DNA from: Takakia lepidozioides
Lineage: Eukaryota; Plantae; Bryophyta
Length of the DNA stretch: 64,000 bases
Direction of reading: 5' to 3'
Assembly: GCA_030704615.1 (NCBI GenBank)
Contig: CM060733.1
Coordinates: 40,114,001-40,178,000, forward strand
Part shown: positions 1-12,300 of the stretch, in pieces
How the letters are laid out: every line of letters begins with the position of its first letter
Position numbering within the stretch: the first letter of the stretch is position 1
Position numbers and translations under genes: made by a program
The notes under the pieces: model-generated
Seen by the model: only the letters and a program-made list of their open reading frames with translations
The model's database searches: none
What the model was told of the DNA's origin: nothing

Positions 1-541
1 CCAAAATGCCTATGTCATCAGAACCTTGCCACCGTGGAATAAAATATATGGGGCCATCTTACGAACAATCTCAGACAAATAAATGTAAATGAACGAGTGT
101 TTGATGACATATTTTTGGATATCATACACATTCATTCTTGTAATCCAACCCCATGTACGTTTGATAGTTTGGACTTTCCAGGTGCGCATGATCATTGGTA
201 CTAGTATAAAGATGCATTTACTTCATCTATCCCACCCTCACATCCTTTGGCACACTTCCGAGAAGTCGGCTGGTTATTATGTTTATTGATGAGGTTCTGA
301 ATAAAAGTTTAACAGCTACCGAAATTGCTCCTAGGGATACTCTGTCTACAGGGGCCACAAAAAAAGTAATTAAAATGGACGGCTGCATGTCTGGAAGGAA
401 TAACAGAATGTGCACAATCATCGTGTGAGCTTTCTTCGCGATATTCTCTGCTCATTCTTCAACAGTGTACTGGAGACCTCAGTCAACAGATTTCACTGAA
501 GAACTGCGATAGCAAGGCATCTTCGTACTAGAGGAGGGAAG

Positions 542-1867
542 ATGGCTTCCTCTTAAGCAGAGTTCTTCTCTGACGACTACCAGTGCCGTTCTCCAAGGAA
601 GCCCTTGACAATGGATTCGCAATTGTCTTGGAACATATCTTGGCTACCCGGTTTGAGCTTCAGAATGGCTCCATCTTTTTGGAGAAAGAGGTGTACGATT
701 TGGAAGGGAAGTTGTTGAAATACTCTTTCCAAAACCGTGATGAGACGGCTCATGTCAGCCAGTGGAGAGTGCGCCCTGGTCGATACAGAGTACTTGGAGA
801 GCCTCGGCGGAAGTCCCTTGGATCATATGTGACGCCCGGGACTGCTGCTTCAGTCGCTGAAGACAAGAAGGAGGTGGTGGTGAAAAAGAGCAGACGTCTT
901 CCACTCCAATCGTTGAGCTTTCGGATTCGTCCGATGATGACATAAGTGAAATTCCAAATTCAGACCTTCATACTGTAGTTGGGGAAGCGGATAAAGATTG
1001 CATTTGTAGTGTCATTCCAAAACTGCGGGCGATGGGAGGAATGGCAGGTTTCAAAAGTGAGTTGCGAGGAATTCATTGGGAATCTTTGAAGCAGGTGCCT
1101 GTGAATTTCCTACCAGAGACTTTTGATGGCGATATCCTATTCGAGCTGCCTCTTCCTCCGCGAGTTGGAGGTGTCACAATCATGATGCATGGAATGGACA
1201 AGAAACACGACGGGGCACCCGTGGTGCAGAACAAAAACATCCAATATTCAAAATGATGACAAGCTTGTTTTCAGGAGAACAGTTTGCAATGGACACCTTA
1301 GGTGTGATAATTTGAATTGCAGACACTTTCTTCAGTCTGGGGTTCACAATCAAAGCGAGTGGGAGGGTCTGGCGGAAAATCCATTTAAGCCTGGGACTGC
1401 CCCTCCACCGGCAAACACTTTCGTTTGTAAATTCTGCAAACTTGTGCCATCCTGCCTGGAGCTGTGCGGAGCAAGAATGTACTATGTTGTCCACCGTTTG
1501 AAAACAATGACAAGAGCTTGTGTGCATTTCGGTTTCCATAACCATCCTGTCTCGAAGGGGGATTATAGGGAGAGTGTTGAGACAATATCGAGGTTCATTA
1601 AACAGGAGTACGAGAGAAACCCATCCGCAACAACATCTGCAATTGCTCTTAGCGCAAGCAAGTCCTTCTTGGAAAGCCATATTTTGAGTGAAGGGGATTC
1701 TGTGGGGACTAAACTTGGTGGTGCTGCATTGGACCTGGTCATGGATCATATCTCCATTTTGAGTTCACCTAATATTCGGCATCAGATCAATGCATTGAGA
1801 ATGGGCTCTGGGATCAGAGGCTACATAGACAACATTTTGGAATTGAAACGACTGAGCAAGTACGACT
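542..1867 (+). pseudogene. Degenerate GCM/WRKY-GCM1-type zinc-finger protein, probably the N-terminal part of a Mutator-like DNA transposon ORF; 3'-truncated
   Basis: ORFs 583-945, ~888-1214 and 1216-1867 join through single-base frameshifts (a missing base near 888; an extra G in GGGG 1212-1215). The joined frame reads ...FLPETFDGDILFELP...MHGMDKKHDG|HPWCRTKTSNI...FRRTVCNGHLRCDNLNC...CKFCKLVPSCLELCGARMYYV...TRACVHFGFHNHP, the Cys/His layout of a GCM-like domain. There is a premature stop right after the ATG at 542. Confidence 0.65.
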
Positions 1868-2289
1868 CTAGATGTGAAATGACCATGCTATGAAATGTCC
1901 AATTTGCAACATTGTCATGGAAATTCAATTCAAATCAATTCGTTTGCAACATCGTCGGCGGTGCAATGATATGGCGTCCCTTATCCCTCCATTATGCTTC
2001 CAACTATACTGAGTGAGCTCTGAGTGACAACTTTTATAAGCACATGCATCCTAACTCTCATTGTTATTTGGGGAGGAACTCTGGTCTTCTCGTGGCAGCC
2101 TCTATGGCGCACACTTTGTGAGGATATTTTCTCGTCCTCGTAATTGTAAAAGTGAAAGAAACATTTGTAATTGCACAATGTTGGATGCTACAATTGTAGG
2201 CCTCATGGTAGTCTTGATTGTATTCAGCCAAGGATTCATTGCATTAATCCCACGGTCATAGGACCATCCTCGGTTATAGGCGACGCATG

Positions 2290-2445
2290 TTAGTGCTGAC
2301 GTGGCTGATGACGGTGCAGTGCCACGTCATCATTTGCCGCCACATCAGCCTGCTGACATGGCGCTCACGCCACGTCAGCGTGGGTGCAGGCTCACGCCAC
2401 GTCAGCTGGCGTGAGCGTACGCTCACGCGCAAGGCTCACGCCATT
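2290..2445. repeat. GC-rich cluster of GCCACGTCAGC / GCTCACGC motifs in both orientations, probably a TE subterminal region
   Basis: ctgacgtggc, gccacgtcat, gccacatcagc, gccacgtcagc (x2) and gctcacgc (x4) occur within 150 bp. A similar motif set occurs at ~4889-4935. Confidence 0.6.
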
Positions 2446-5000
2446 GCGTCGTTGGGATGGCATGCCCAATTGCTGAGGATACTGACTGCCTACACTGCCA
2501 CTAGATGGAGCATGCATTCCAACATGCAATACAGAAGCCATAGACATACCAATTCCTCCCCCAAGAGCGGGATTAGGAACATGCACCACAGGTACACTAC
2601 CTACACTTCCTACTTTGACAGAGGCACTCGGTGGGGCCGACATACTGCTCGTAGTAGCCCCCATATTCTGAACAGATAAATTTACACCACCGCAACTGGC
2701 ATCAAGAAATGGGGAGGGTTTTTGGGTGGTGTACCTGTCAACACCACCCGTCAAAGGCCCTTGTGATACCAGATTTCCCCCATTATCAGAAACTACGTTG
2801 GTATTTGGGCTGGGCCGAGTCATTGTTGAACCATATTGAACCCCTTTAGCTACTGTGCAATCAAAATCAGCACGAAGGGAAGAGTCAAAGGAGCCATGTA
2901 TGGGCAGTCTAGGATGCCCGCTATCATGACCACCAAAGGAGAGTTGATCCACCAAGTCACCATCTTCTTGACTACAGGCTTCCATCCCATCCGTTAGTGG
3001 AGCCATCGGGGGATCTGAGTTAGTTTCTGGCAATAAAGGAAAGTCGCTAGCAACACACCGTGGATCCACCATCACCGGATTATAGATTACCTCTTCTTGA
3101 GCACCTTGTTCTAAACCCATTATACCCGCACCCAATCCTTTGCTAGATTCAAGCACATCTTTTTCCGAGTTAGGATCGGGCAGAAGCCTGTCACCCATTC
3201 TTCCCTGACCAGATCGCAGCCAGGGTAGATGGTCACCCTCTATCTTGAAGCAAGTTTTAACAATTCAATCAAGGTAAGAGTAGAATGACCCATCACCTGG
3301 TACTTTAAAGCTTAAGCGGCAGGGATGAGCAGTTGCGGATGAGGCTCGGCAGGATCACGAAACAAAACAGAGCAAGAGACCAACTTCACCACGTCGTGCG
3401 ATTGTGACTCGTAGATGCCCAGTGCTAACCACTCCCACGCCTCTGCCGTTTTGACCCAGAAGCTCACCCTCTTCCCTTCTTGCCAAGTGCGAGAGAGAAT
3501 CGTCGTAACAGGGTAGTCGTCCAAATTGGCAGAGACCCGCGGACAAACCACACACTGATGATTAAACACTGAACCCAAAATAACTATGTCGGATGATCGA
3601 GCGATCAGGGCATCACCTCGCAGCCCGTTGAAAATGTGTGCATACGTCGGCACCAACTCACAGAGCCTAAACTGGAATCGTAGTGCCTTCAAAACAAAAG
3701 CCCTAGTCCCTCTTAGCATCAACGACAACCATACATCACCTACAAAATCAGCAGGCTGATAAAGAGCTGGGCCATGAAGAGTAGAAAGAGGAAAATGAAG
3801 TCCAAGTTCAGGCCACGTCAACTGTCGATGCTGGAGGAAGCGAGCCTTGATCACGCTGCTGGGCAATTGCGCCGAGTTGCGCAATCCGAGTTCTTACTGG
3901 GCAAGACGAGCAGCACGAGTCTGCGCAAATGCGTTTCTGGACAGGGAATGAGCAAGCAAAACTTTGTGTCTCCGTGTGAACTCTACCACATCACGTTGAA
4001 CGGCATTCTCAATGCACTTGAACCAAGAACGATCAGTGTCACCAAGCGAATCGTCAGGTGTTTGGGATAGTGCGTTCTCCCTGTCACGTTCTTCATCTGC
4101 CCTTCTAGCTTCAAAATAATCGGGTCTCGGGTCTATGAAATTATCAAAGTTATAGTAATCATGATCACAACTATCCAGCGAACTAGACGACCGTGCAGGA
4201 CTGGGTGACCACGCCTCTTCCCCTACAAGATCAGCATAATCGCTAGGACTTGGTGAGTTTAAACGAACAACAAGACTCAAATCGATAGCGTTGTCTCCAG
4301 GTACGATTGACACCGGCAGGGCAAGAGTGCCAGGCGGCGCAAGGGATGGAAGGTTAGCAGGATTGGTAAGACTAGCAGAAAGCGTAACGAGCAGATCAAG
4401 CTGAATGTGCAAGCGCTCTTCCTCACGACTGACAACGCAGCTAGAGACCGAAACATGCGACGCCATCACAGGAAAGGTAAGCAAGATTAGCACATAAGCA
4501 AAAGGAAAGCATGACAGCGAAAAAGAACACAGAGACGGGACGGGTTGAGGCCATCTTTATACAGCCCTGATGAGCGCTAACACATCACATAAACCGCCGC
4601 TGCAGGAGATTAGGGAAAGGACAATCAATGGCACCCAACGGCTCTCCACCATAAAACAAGATGGGAGAATAATCTCATGTCCTCTCAAGTATAGAACAAA
4701 ACGACAAGGGGCGAGCAAGGAGGAGCGTGCATTCACGCGAGAGGAGGATCTCAACAAGCGAACTGACATAAAATCATACACACGTATTGCAATTAGAAAG
4801 CTTTACACATCTACATGCATCAAAGTATATGAGTTGCTTGACACAAGGTCAGGCCGCCGCTTTATACAAACCCTAGCTGCATGCCTTCCTGACGCGTGGC
4901 GAGGCGTGTCATGCTGAGGCCGCGGCGCCACATCAAAACCCTAGATCTATTGAACGGCCATGATGCAGCCACAAGCCATAACTAACCCTGGCTAATGATA
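2392..5000 (-). mobile_element. Unclassified retroelement-like remnant: LTR-like leader, ORF-A (4493-3312, one internal stop) and a Ser/Pro/Gly-rich ORF-B (3198-~2450)
   Basis: ORFs 3894-4493 and 3312-3884 are in the same frame and are separated by one TAA. ORF-B follows 114 bp later. Both are intronless. There is a TATAAA and a TAGGGTTT-rich leader at ~4860-4950. No catalytic motif was recognised. Confidence 0.35.
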
Positions 5001-6326
5001 TCTTTGTACCGGTTCAACGGTTATTTAAGCCAAAAAATTATACTACGAATGAGTATCGCCGCTTTGGATGAATAAGGTGAATCTATGATGAGGAAAGTTT
5101 GGGGCATCACAAAACAATCTTCGCATTTGCAACTCTTTCAATTTGGACCTAGTTATGGTTGGATCAAAATAGGAGGGTGACCCATTTCAGGCATGTAAGG
5201 TTAAGAACCTGTGTAGTGCACAAACTTGTTCAATGTGCTTCCTAATGTTTGTTCTCAAATGTTGGGTTCAAACAAGATGAGGCCGAACACCTTTGGGACC
5301 AGTGACAAAGCTGTCTGCAGACTTCAAGGGCTGCTGAGCTTTCTCAAAAGATTCTCAGAATCCATCCATGTTTTTGTTATTATTAGTTTTATTATACCCC
5401 TCTTGAGTGGGGTATCCGCGATCTGGTACAACAAACATGGAAGGTCATTCTACACCATATCATATTCTTGCAATTGTTGTCTTTACTGTTGTCTCTGAAC
5501 CCAGGATCAGGGTAAAGAGCATCTTGGAATCAATTTGGTCCCATGCCAAAAGCACTCCCCGTATGTCCTTATAGATTTTGATACGAATTCCCAATCCCAC
5601 ATGCCTCCTTCGTAAGGACGAGACGAATGATTCACCTCACTGGGTACCCCAATCTTGAGATTGTTTCCAAGTTACCACCAAAAGAGCGCTACAAAGGCAA
5701 CTTGGTCTCAAAATTGATGTTAATTATCCTTCGCTCAGAAAGTTTCAGAATACCTAATTTAAAGACTACCATAATCAAGATGTACAGAAGTTGAAGAGGG
5801 GAAAAGATGTGGCAGAACAATCCACATCAAGCGGAAGGAAGGTGGATAGGTTTCAGATGCAAGCTCATGCTGTCCATCCCTTGGTCAAAAGGCAGTACTG
5901 GACCTCATGAACCTAGTTATCAGAGGGAGGACTCAGTGATAGGCACTCGCGACAGCTTGAGATGATCAACTGTACACCAGAGGCTCACATGTTCACTCAG
6001 AACTTCGACAAACCTGGAGAGTCCACCCTCATACACTGAATTGCTAACACATCCGGCCAAACCATCTGCCTTCGCCTCAATACCTCAAGCCTAGTTCCCA
6101 CTTTGCAATCTGAAAAGTAATGGCGTCAAGCCAGCATTCTAGCAGTTCCTGCTAAGGATGGAGGCCAGTTCCATGGATTTTACAAAGGAAGGATGAGGAC
6201 GCATATCACAGTACCGAAGGTCGGCGGCGCTTTCTGGGGCGAGTGCGAGGATATCTTGCATGCTGGTCTTGTGGAGAGACAGGCCTTTGTAGCTGCATCA
6301 GTTCAGGTACATATCGTGCATGTTAC

Positions 6327-9300
6327 TCATTTCCAGTATAAAAAATACAAGGAATATATAGAACTCAGCAAGGAGATCTTTGGGTATTGTTGGCTAGGAA
6401 CTTTGCCGTCGAGTTTCCCTTGGTTTCCGTTGGGCATGCATTGAAAATCTTGTTTGGGACTATCCCTTTTCTGCTCGTCCGAAAAGGGCCCGGGGTCCAT
6501 GGGACAAGGCGACAACAAGTAGTCTGAGGAGTACATTCTCTCTATCTGCAGTTTGAACTATAAACAGCCTACCAAGTAGCAACCAAAACTACTTTCCCAT
6601 CCACCACAAATGCCACTGTCTAGATTTACGCTATCTTCTGATGATAAAAAACTTTTAAGGGGACATGATAAACCACTAAACTACTGAAGTTTGACCAAAT
6701 GCTCGAGAACATCAAAGAAGCACAAGAAGTTGTAAACTCACCAGAGCACTACGTATAGGATGTAGAACTTGACTATGAGTCCAAACTTGGGGCTTTTGAT
6801 GACACTGGATCTCCTGCATGGGCAGATTTAAGATCTCTTTAGCCTGAGTCCAAACTTGGGGCTTCTGATGACACAGGATCTCCTGCATGGGCACATTTAA
6901 GATCTCTTTAGCCTGAGTCCAAACTTGGGGCTTCTGATGACACTGGATCTCCTGCATGGGCAGATTTAAGATCTCTTTAGCCAGTGACAGTGAATGTTAA
7001 TCCATCTCATGATTTGACTCAGACTGCTAAAGCTTCTCACTGCTGATTATGTATGTTCCCTTAATCATAGAGATCATAGAGACCATAACCATACCAATAG
7101 AGACCAGCGGTTGCCAAAATTTTCCCTACTCCAAAGGTGTCACTCAGTACCCTGTTCAAGTAGTAAGTTAAGATACACTTTAACCTCAGAAGCTATGTAG
7201 ATCCACTGACAGACTAAGAACTACATATCAGGGACCAGAGACACTGCATAGGCAGTTGACAAGGCTAGAAATGCCTACAAAATCTATGTACCGGAAGTCA
7301 CTGTCAATTTGCCTAAATCAGGACTGCTACTGTAGCAAACCACTTGGCATATGAATAAACAGCTTTTAATTGTGATAGCACTCACACTATCTGTCTCACC
7401 TCCAGCTCCCTCATAGCATCTGCCGCTCCTCTCCGTCTGGCTTGCAGTTCCATTATGCAGCTCCCCATCTGTTCTTCCAGCAAGGCCTGGTGAGCACCAC
7501 GACCAATCAGTGTATTTATTGATTTCAGTTTGGAGCTCTCGACAGTGACCAGAATAAAGTTGCTGTAATCCTCACCCCAGAAACATCAAATGTAAACCCT
7601 CGAAGCAGTTGCAAACTAATGGGATTTATTTGTATCCACAGACACTATTGGGCACTACGAAGAGGGCCATAAACAGTTCCAGCTGTTGGTGCTCTAACTC
7701 CTCAAAAGCATAACGACCAAAGAGAACCATGCCAACTTTATCATAGGGAGCATTGATCAATCATGCATGCAACAGTAACATTCCAACCAGTATTGTGAGT
7801 GGCACAGTTCCGATGAGTGGCTGAGATAAATGAGCCTCAATGAGAGGGTTTTTGGATCATGCAATACTATCATGTCCATGGGCCTTAATGCACACAATAA
7901 CACATCCACCACGTGAGACACAGTTTCCTCCAGGCTTCCTCCCTTCCACACCCTATATTTGCTTACTCGAAACATTGAGATGGACATACCTTCTCATGCC
8001 GCAGACGTCTGTTCTCATCATCCAATATTTTGTATTTCTCTATGGATGGACTTCTTTGTTGTGTACATAAGAGGTACCTCATTTGTGCAACAAGCCTAAC
8101 AGCTTTCTCTTTATCTGCAACAGCACATGCCAGGATTTTTGCACCCTCAATCTGTTGTGTCTTCAAGCGCTCTGATATCAAGCATTCCTGTAAAATTCTC
8201 CCTGTCAGGGCTTCATTCTGTTTCTCCAGCGAAGAAAGAGCCACACGAAGATTGTCACACTCTTTCATATGAGATGCATCCCCAAGCACATTCTCCTGCC
8301 TCACCATAGCCGACCCATCTTTTAATGCAATATTTTGCATAGGATAAGACTCCTGGCTCACGAGCGGGAAGTTCTCATATGCTGCAGAGAATAGCTCCAG
8401 TTGCACTTTATTCCTCTCCAGTTGAGCACTATTCCTCTCTTTCACCAATACTGAATTTTCTGACAAAAGTATCTCATACTCCTGTTGAAGATTTCCACAT
8501 TTCGTCTCGAGTTCCTTCACATGGCTTTTAGATACTTGAAGGGCTTCCTGAAATTCCTTTTTCTCTTCCAACCTTTTGCCCATGAGGAGGTTGTGCTCCC
8601 CTTGCAGACTCTCAAAACCCGTCTCCAGTTTCTCCAATGTGTTCTTGCACTCATCAAGTGCTGTCTGACATGAGTCTCGCTCTCTTGTCATCTCTACCAT
8701 TCTCGACAAGTCATCTCTGCGCAGGCTTTTACATTCAGCTTCCAGTTTCTCCGCTTTGCTCTCAAACATTCTACAATCTGCCTCAAGAACCTCCCACTGT
8801 TTGGTAAGTTCTGCCAGGTGACTCTGACGTAGGTTTTCACACTCAGATTCGAGCTTCTCTACTTTCTTATTGGACTCTTCAAGGGATTCCTTCAGGGTGA
8901 CCTTGTCAATAACCAACTGTATATTGGACTTTTGGAGATTACGTTTCTCCTGGGTCACTTTTGCCATCAAGTCATCTTGCTCTTCCAACCTTTTGCCCAT
9001 AAGGAGGTTGTGCTCCCCTTGCAGACTCTCAAAACCTGTCCGCAGTTTTTCCAACGTGTCCTTGCACTCATCAAGTGCTGTCTGACATGAGTCTCGCTCT
9101 CTTGTCATCTCTACCATACTCAACAAGTGATCTTTTCGCATGCTTTTACATTCAGCTTCCAGTTTCTCTGCTTTGTTCTCAAACATCCTACGATCTGCCT
9201 CAAGAACCTCCCGCTGTTTGGCAAGTTCTGCCTGGTGACTCTGACGTAAGCTTTCACCCTCAGACTCGAGCTTCTCTGCTTTCCTATTGGACTCTTCCAT

Positions 9301-12300
9301 GAGGAGTTTGTGCTCCCCTTGCAGACTCCTAAAACCTGTCTCCACTTTCTCCTGGCTCACGAGCTGGAAGTTCTCATATTCTGCAGAGAATAGCTCCAAT
9401 TGAGCACTATTCCTCTCTTTCACCAATACTGAATTTTCTGACAAAAGTATCTCATACTCCCGTTGAAGATTTCCACATTTCATCTCGAGTTCCTCTACAT
9501 GGCTTTTAGATATTTGAAGGGCTTCCTGAAATTCCTTTTTCTCTTCCAACCTTTTGCCCATGAGGAGGTTGTGCTCCCCTTGCAGACTCTCAAAACCCGT
9601 CTCCAGTTTCTCCAATGTGTCCTTGCACTCATCAAGCGCTGTCTGACATGAGTCTCGCTCTCTTGTCATCTCTACCATACTTGACAAGTGATCTCTGTGC
9701 ATGCGTTTACATTTAGCTTCCAGTTTCTCCGCTTTGCTCTCAAACATTCTACAATCTGCCTCAAGAACCTCCCGCTGTTTGGCAAGTTCTGCCTGGTGAC
9801 TCTGGTGACTCTGACATAGACTTTCACACTCAGACTGGAGCTTCTCTGCTTTCCTATTGGACTCTTCAAGGGATTCCTCCAGGGTGTTCTTGTCAATAAC
9901 CAACTGTCTATTCCACTTTTGGAGAGAACGTCTCTCCTGGATCACTCTTACCATCTTAGCTGCCCCGAGTTGTTGGCTGCCTTCCACATTCATGAGAGTT
10001 TCCTTCACTTTGGTGAGCTCTTCCTCCAATCGAAACTTCTCTTCCAATACCACCTAGTACAGAGTTCAAAGTCACTGACAGTTTTTAGCCATTGCATCTG
10101 AAGGACTGCAGGATCTCAATGTGTCACACTTTTCAGGAATAGCTGTGTCCAGGATCTTCGAGAGGTTCGACTTACTGGCGTAAGGTTAAGAAACTCTTTC
10201 TCCCTATTTTATTCCACTGGGTGTTTCTCAGCTCTGCAGAAACTCTCCATACAAAACCGATTTTTGCTAGTTTTATGTCTTCATGTTCTACCTTGTCCCA
10301 TAGATCCTCGTGGCCCTCTGCGGAGCTGTAAGTATCTTTGTTTAATTCCTTTCTTGTTCCATATAACTCTACAGAAAGTGCACGCGAAAGTTCATGACAA
10401 CCCATCACAGAAGCGAGGTAAACTGAGTCTTGAAGAACATATTCTTATCATCAAGAAGAAACATGCTATCAACCCGAAGGAAGGCTGATTATCAAAAAAG
10501 GATTGGCTATGGAGTATCCAACTAACAATGATTGCTAGATTGCTTGTTGACCTGGTGTTTGTGGCGTAATGTGTCGCCAACTTCTCTATGTTGCTCTCTC
10601 ATTTGCTAGGCTGCAAGCAATTCTGAGGTGGTCCCCTCTTTTTCAGACTCTTCCATGAGGCGGCACAGTTAAGGGCCCTAAAGCTCTGCCTGTACCCTGT
10701 ACAGATTCAATAGTATTGTTAAAAAGTAGAATTTGAGATCTTCATAGAATAGGGCAGTGATGAGGGGACCTGGTAATCAATCAGATGTCAACTAAGTCTT
10801 GTAACCAACTTGAAGTTGTTTTATCGGGAACATTTTTAACAATCTTTCATGCTTCCAGGCCTCCAGCTTGAAAGTCTACTAGAGAGAACAGATGGTTGAC
10901 CACATGTGATGTTCCTGTTGGTCCCGAAAACAGAAGTACAACAGCAAAAGCAATGTTCATGTCCTAATGTTCATGTTCATGGTTCGAGTCACCTATACCT
11001 GCTGTTCCTGGTGCAACTTCTTGCAATCGGACTCTAACTTCTGTGTTTTGAGCTCCCAATCTTGAACAAGTGCTGCAGATTCTTGTACCACTTCCTGCTT
11101 CACCACAAACTTCTGTTTTGCGAACCTCAACCCTGCCTCCAAATCCTTTGTTTTTGTGTTAAGGCCATTGAGTTGTGTGCCCAATCTTTGTTTGTCGGTT
11201 GCTAGTATAGAGAGCTCCTCAGTGACCTTGGATTTCTCCTCCTCCAACCGCAACTTCTCTCCAGCTATATCCTGCTTCTGCAAGCGCAGGTTCTCACAGT
11301 CTAGTTCTACCATCTTCAGCTTGCTTGAAACCTCATTCCAAAGGCTTAGGGAACTCTCTTTACAAACTTTCACAGCTTGATTAGTGGCTCTCATTTCATT
11401 TACCAGCTTCTCCTTGCTCACTGCTAGTTTCCGAAAAGAACTTTCTGTCTCTGCAACACCCTGGACTTCCTCCGATTCTGAACTCGTCGCCTCCAGGTTC
11501 TGTATTGATGGGCTCTGTTCATCCCTACTCACTACTGATTGTGGACTTGCCCTTTCACTTTCATTTAAATCCCGGACCTCCACAGTGTCAGACGTTCGAG
11601 TTTTGCATATGAATTCCTGAATGGTTGACATCCAAATGGGGAATTCATACCCCTGTCAGTCAACAAATTATTGATGCGATACCTAGGGATTAAGACAAAA
11701 GGACTTCCCATATCATTGTGGCAATTTCAACCACAAAACATCACGTCTGCATTGCTGCATGCACGGCGGAAGAGAAAAAGTGTTTTGTCTTCCACATATA
11801 TAAGCCTTTCAGGCCCATGGGAAGACTCTCCAATGCCTGATAGGACTCCAACAAAGTAAATGCACAGGCCATGACAAAACCAGGAACTAAAATAGGCATT
11901 TGCATGGGTAATACATTTGGTAATACCGTACACAGGGAAGAGGGCAGCTAAGCTTGAAAACCGAAGATAGCAAAAGCAAAGATGAAGGTTAGAAAATTGC
12001 AGCAGAGAAAAGATTATTAATGACATGTGGGCCCCAGCAGGTTTTAGTGAGGTCCTTGGTCAGTATAGTCATGTCCAAGAGCCAAGTTCCCATCTAAAAA
12101 CTCAGATTCAAGTAGCATTCAAGTAGTATTCCTCTAGCAAAAGAGGGTGGTAGAGTACCTGATATTTTTGCACATCTGCTGTTAGAGCTTGAATACTCTC
12201 AAGGGTAACTGTTTGTTGAAACCCAATGGCAGACACGGTAGCCTCCACCTCCCTTTCCAACTCGAACAATGCAACAGCCAAATTCCCTCGTTGCTGTCTT

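Noticed and set aside
6776-6981. Regular repeat array resembling CRISPR
   Set aside because: These are head-to-tail 69-bp units without unique spacers, in a eukaryotic context with no cas genes.
7963-10053. Assignment of the coiled-coil protein to NMCP/CRWN, ZYP1, myosin or SMC
   Set aside because: No diagnostic head, tail or ATPase motif was seen, and generic coiled-coil similarity is uninformative.
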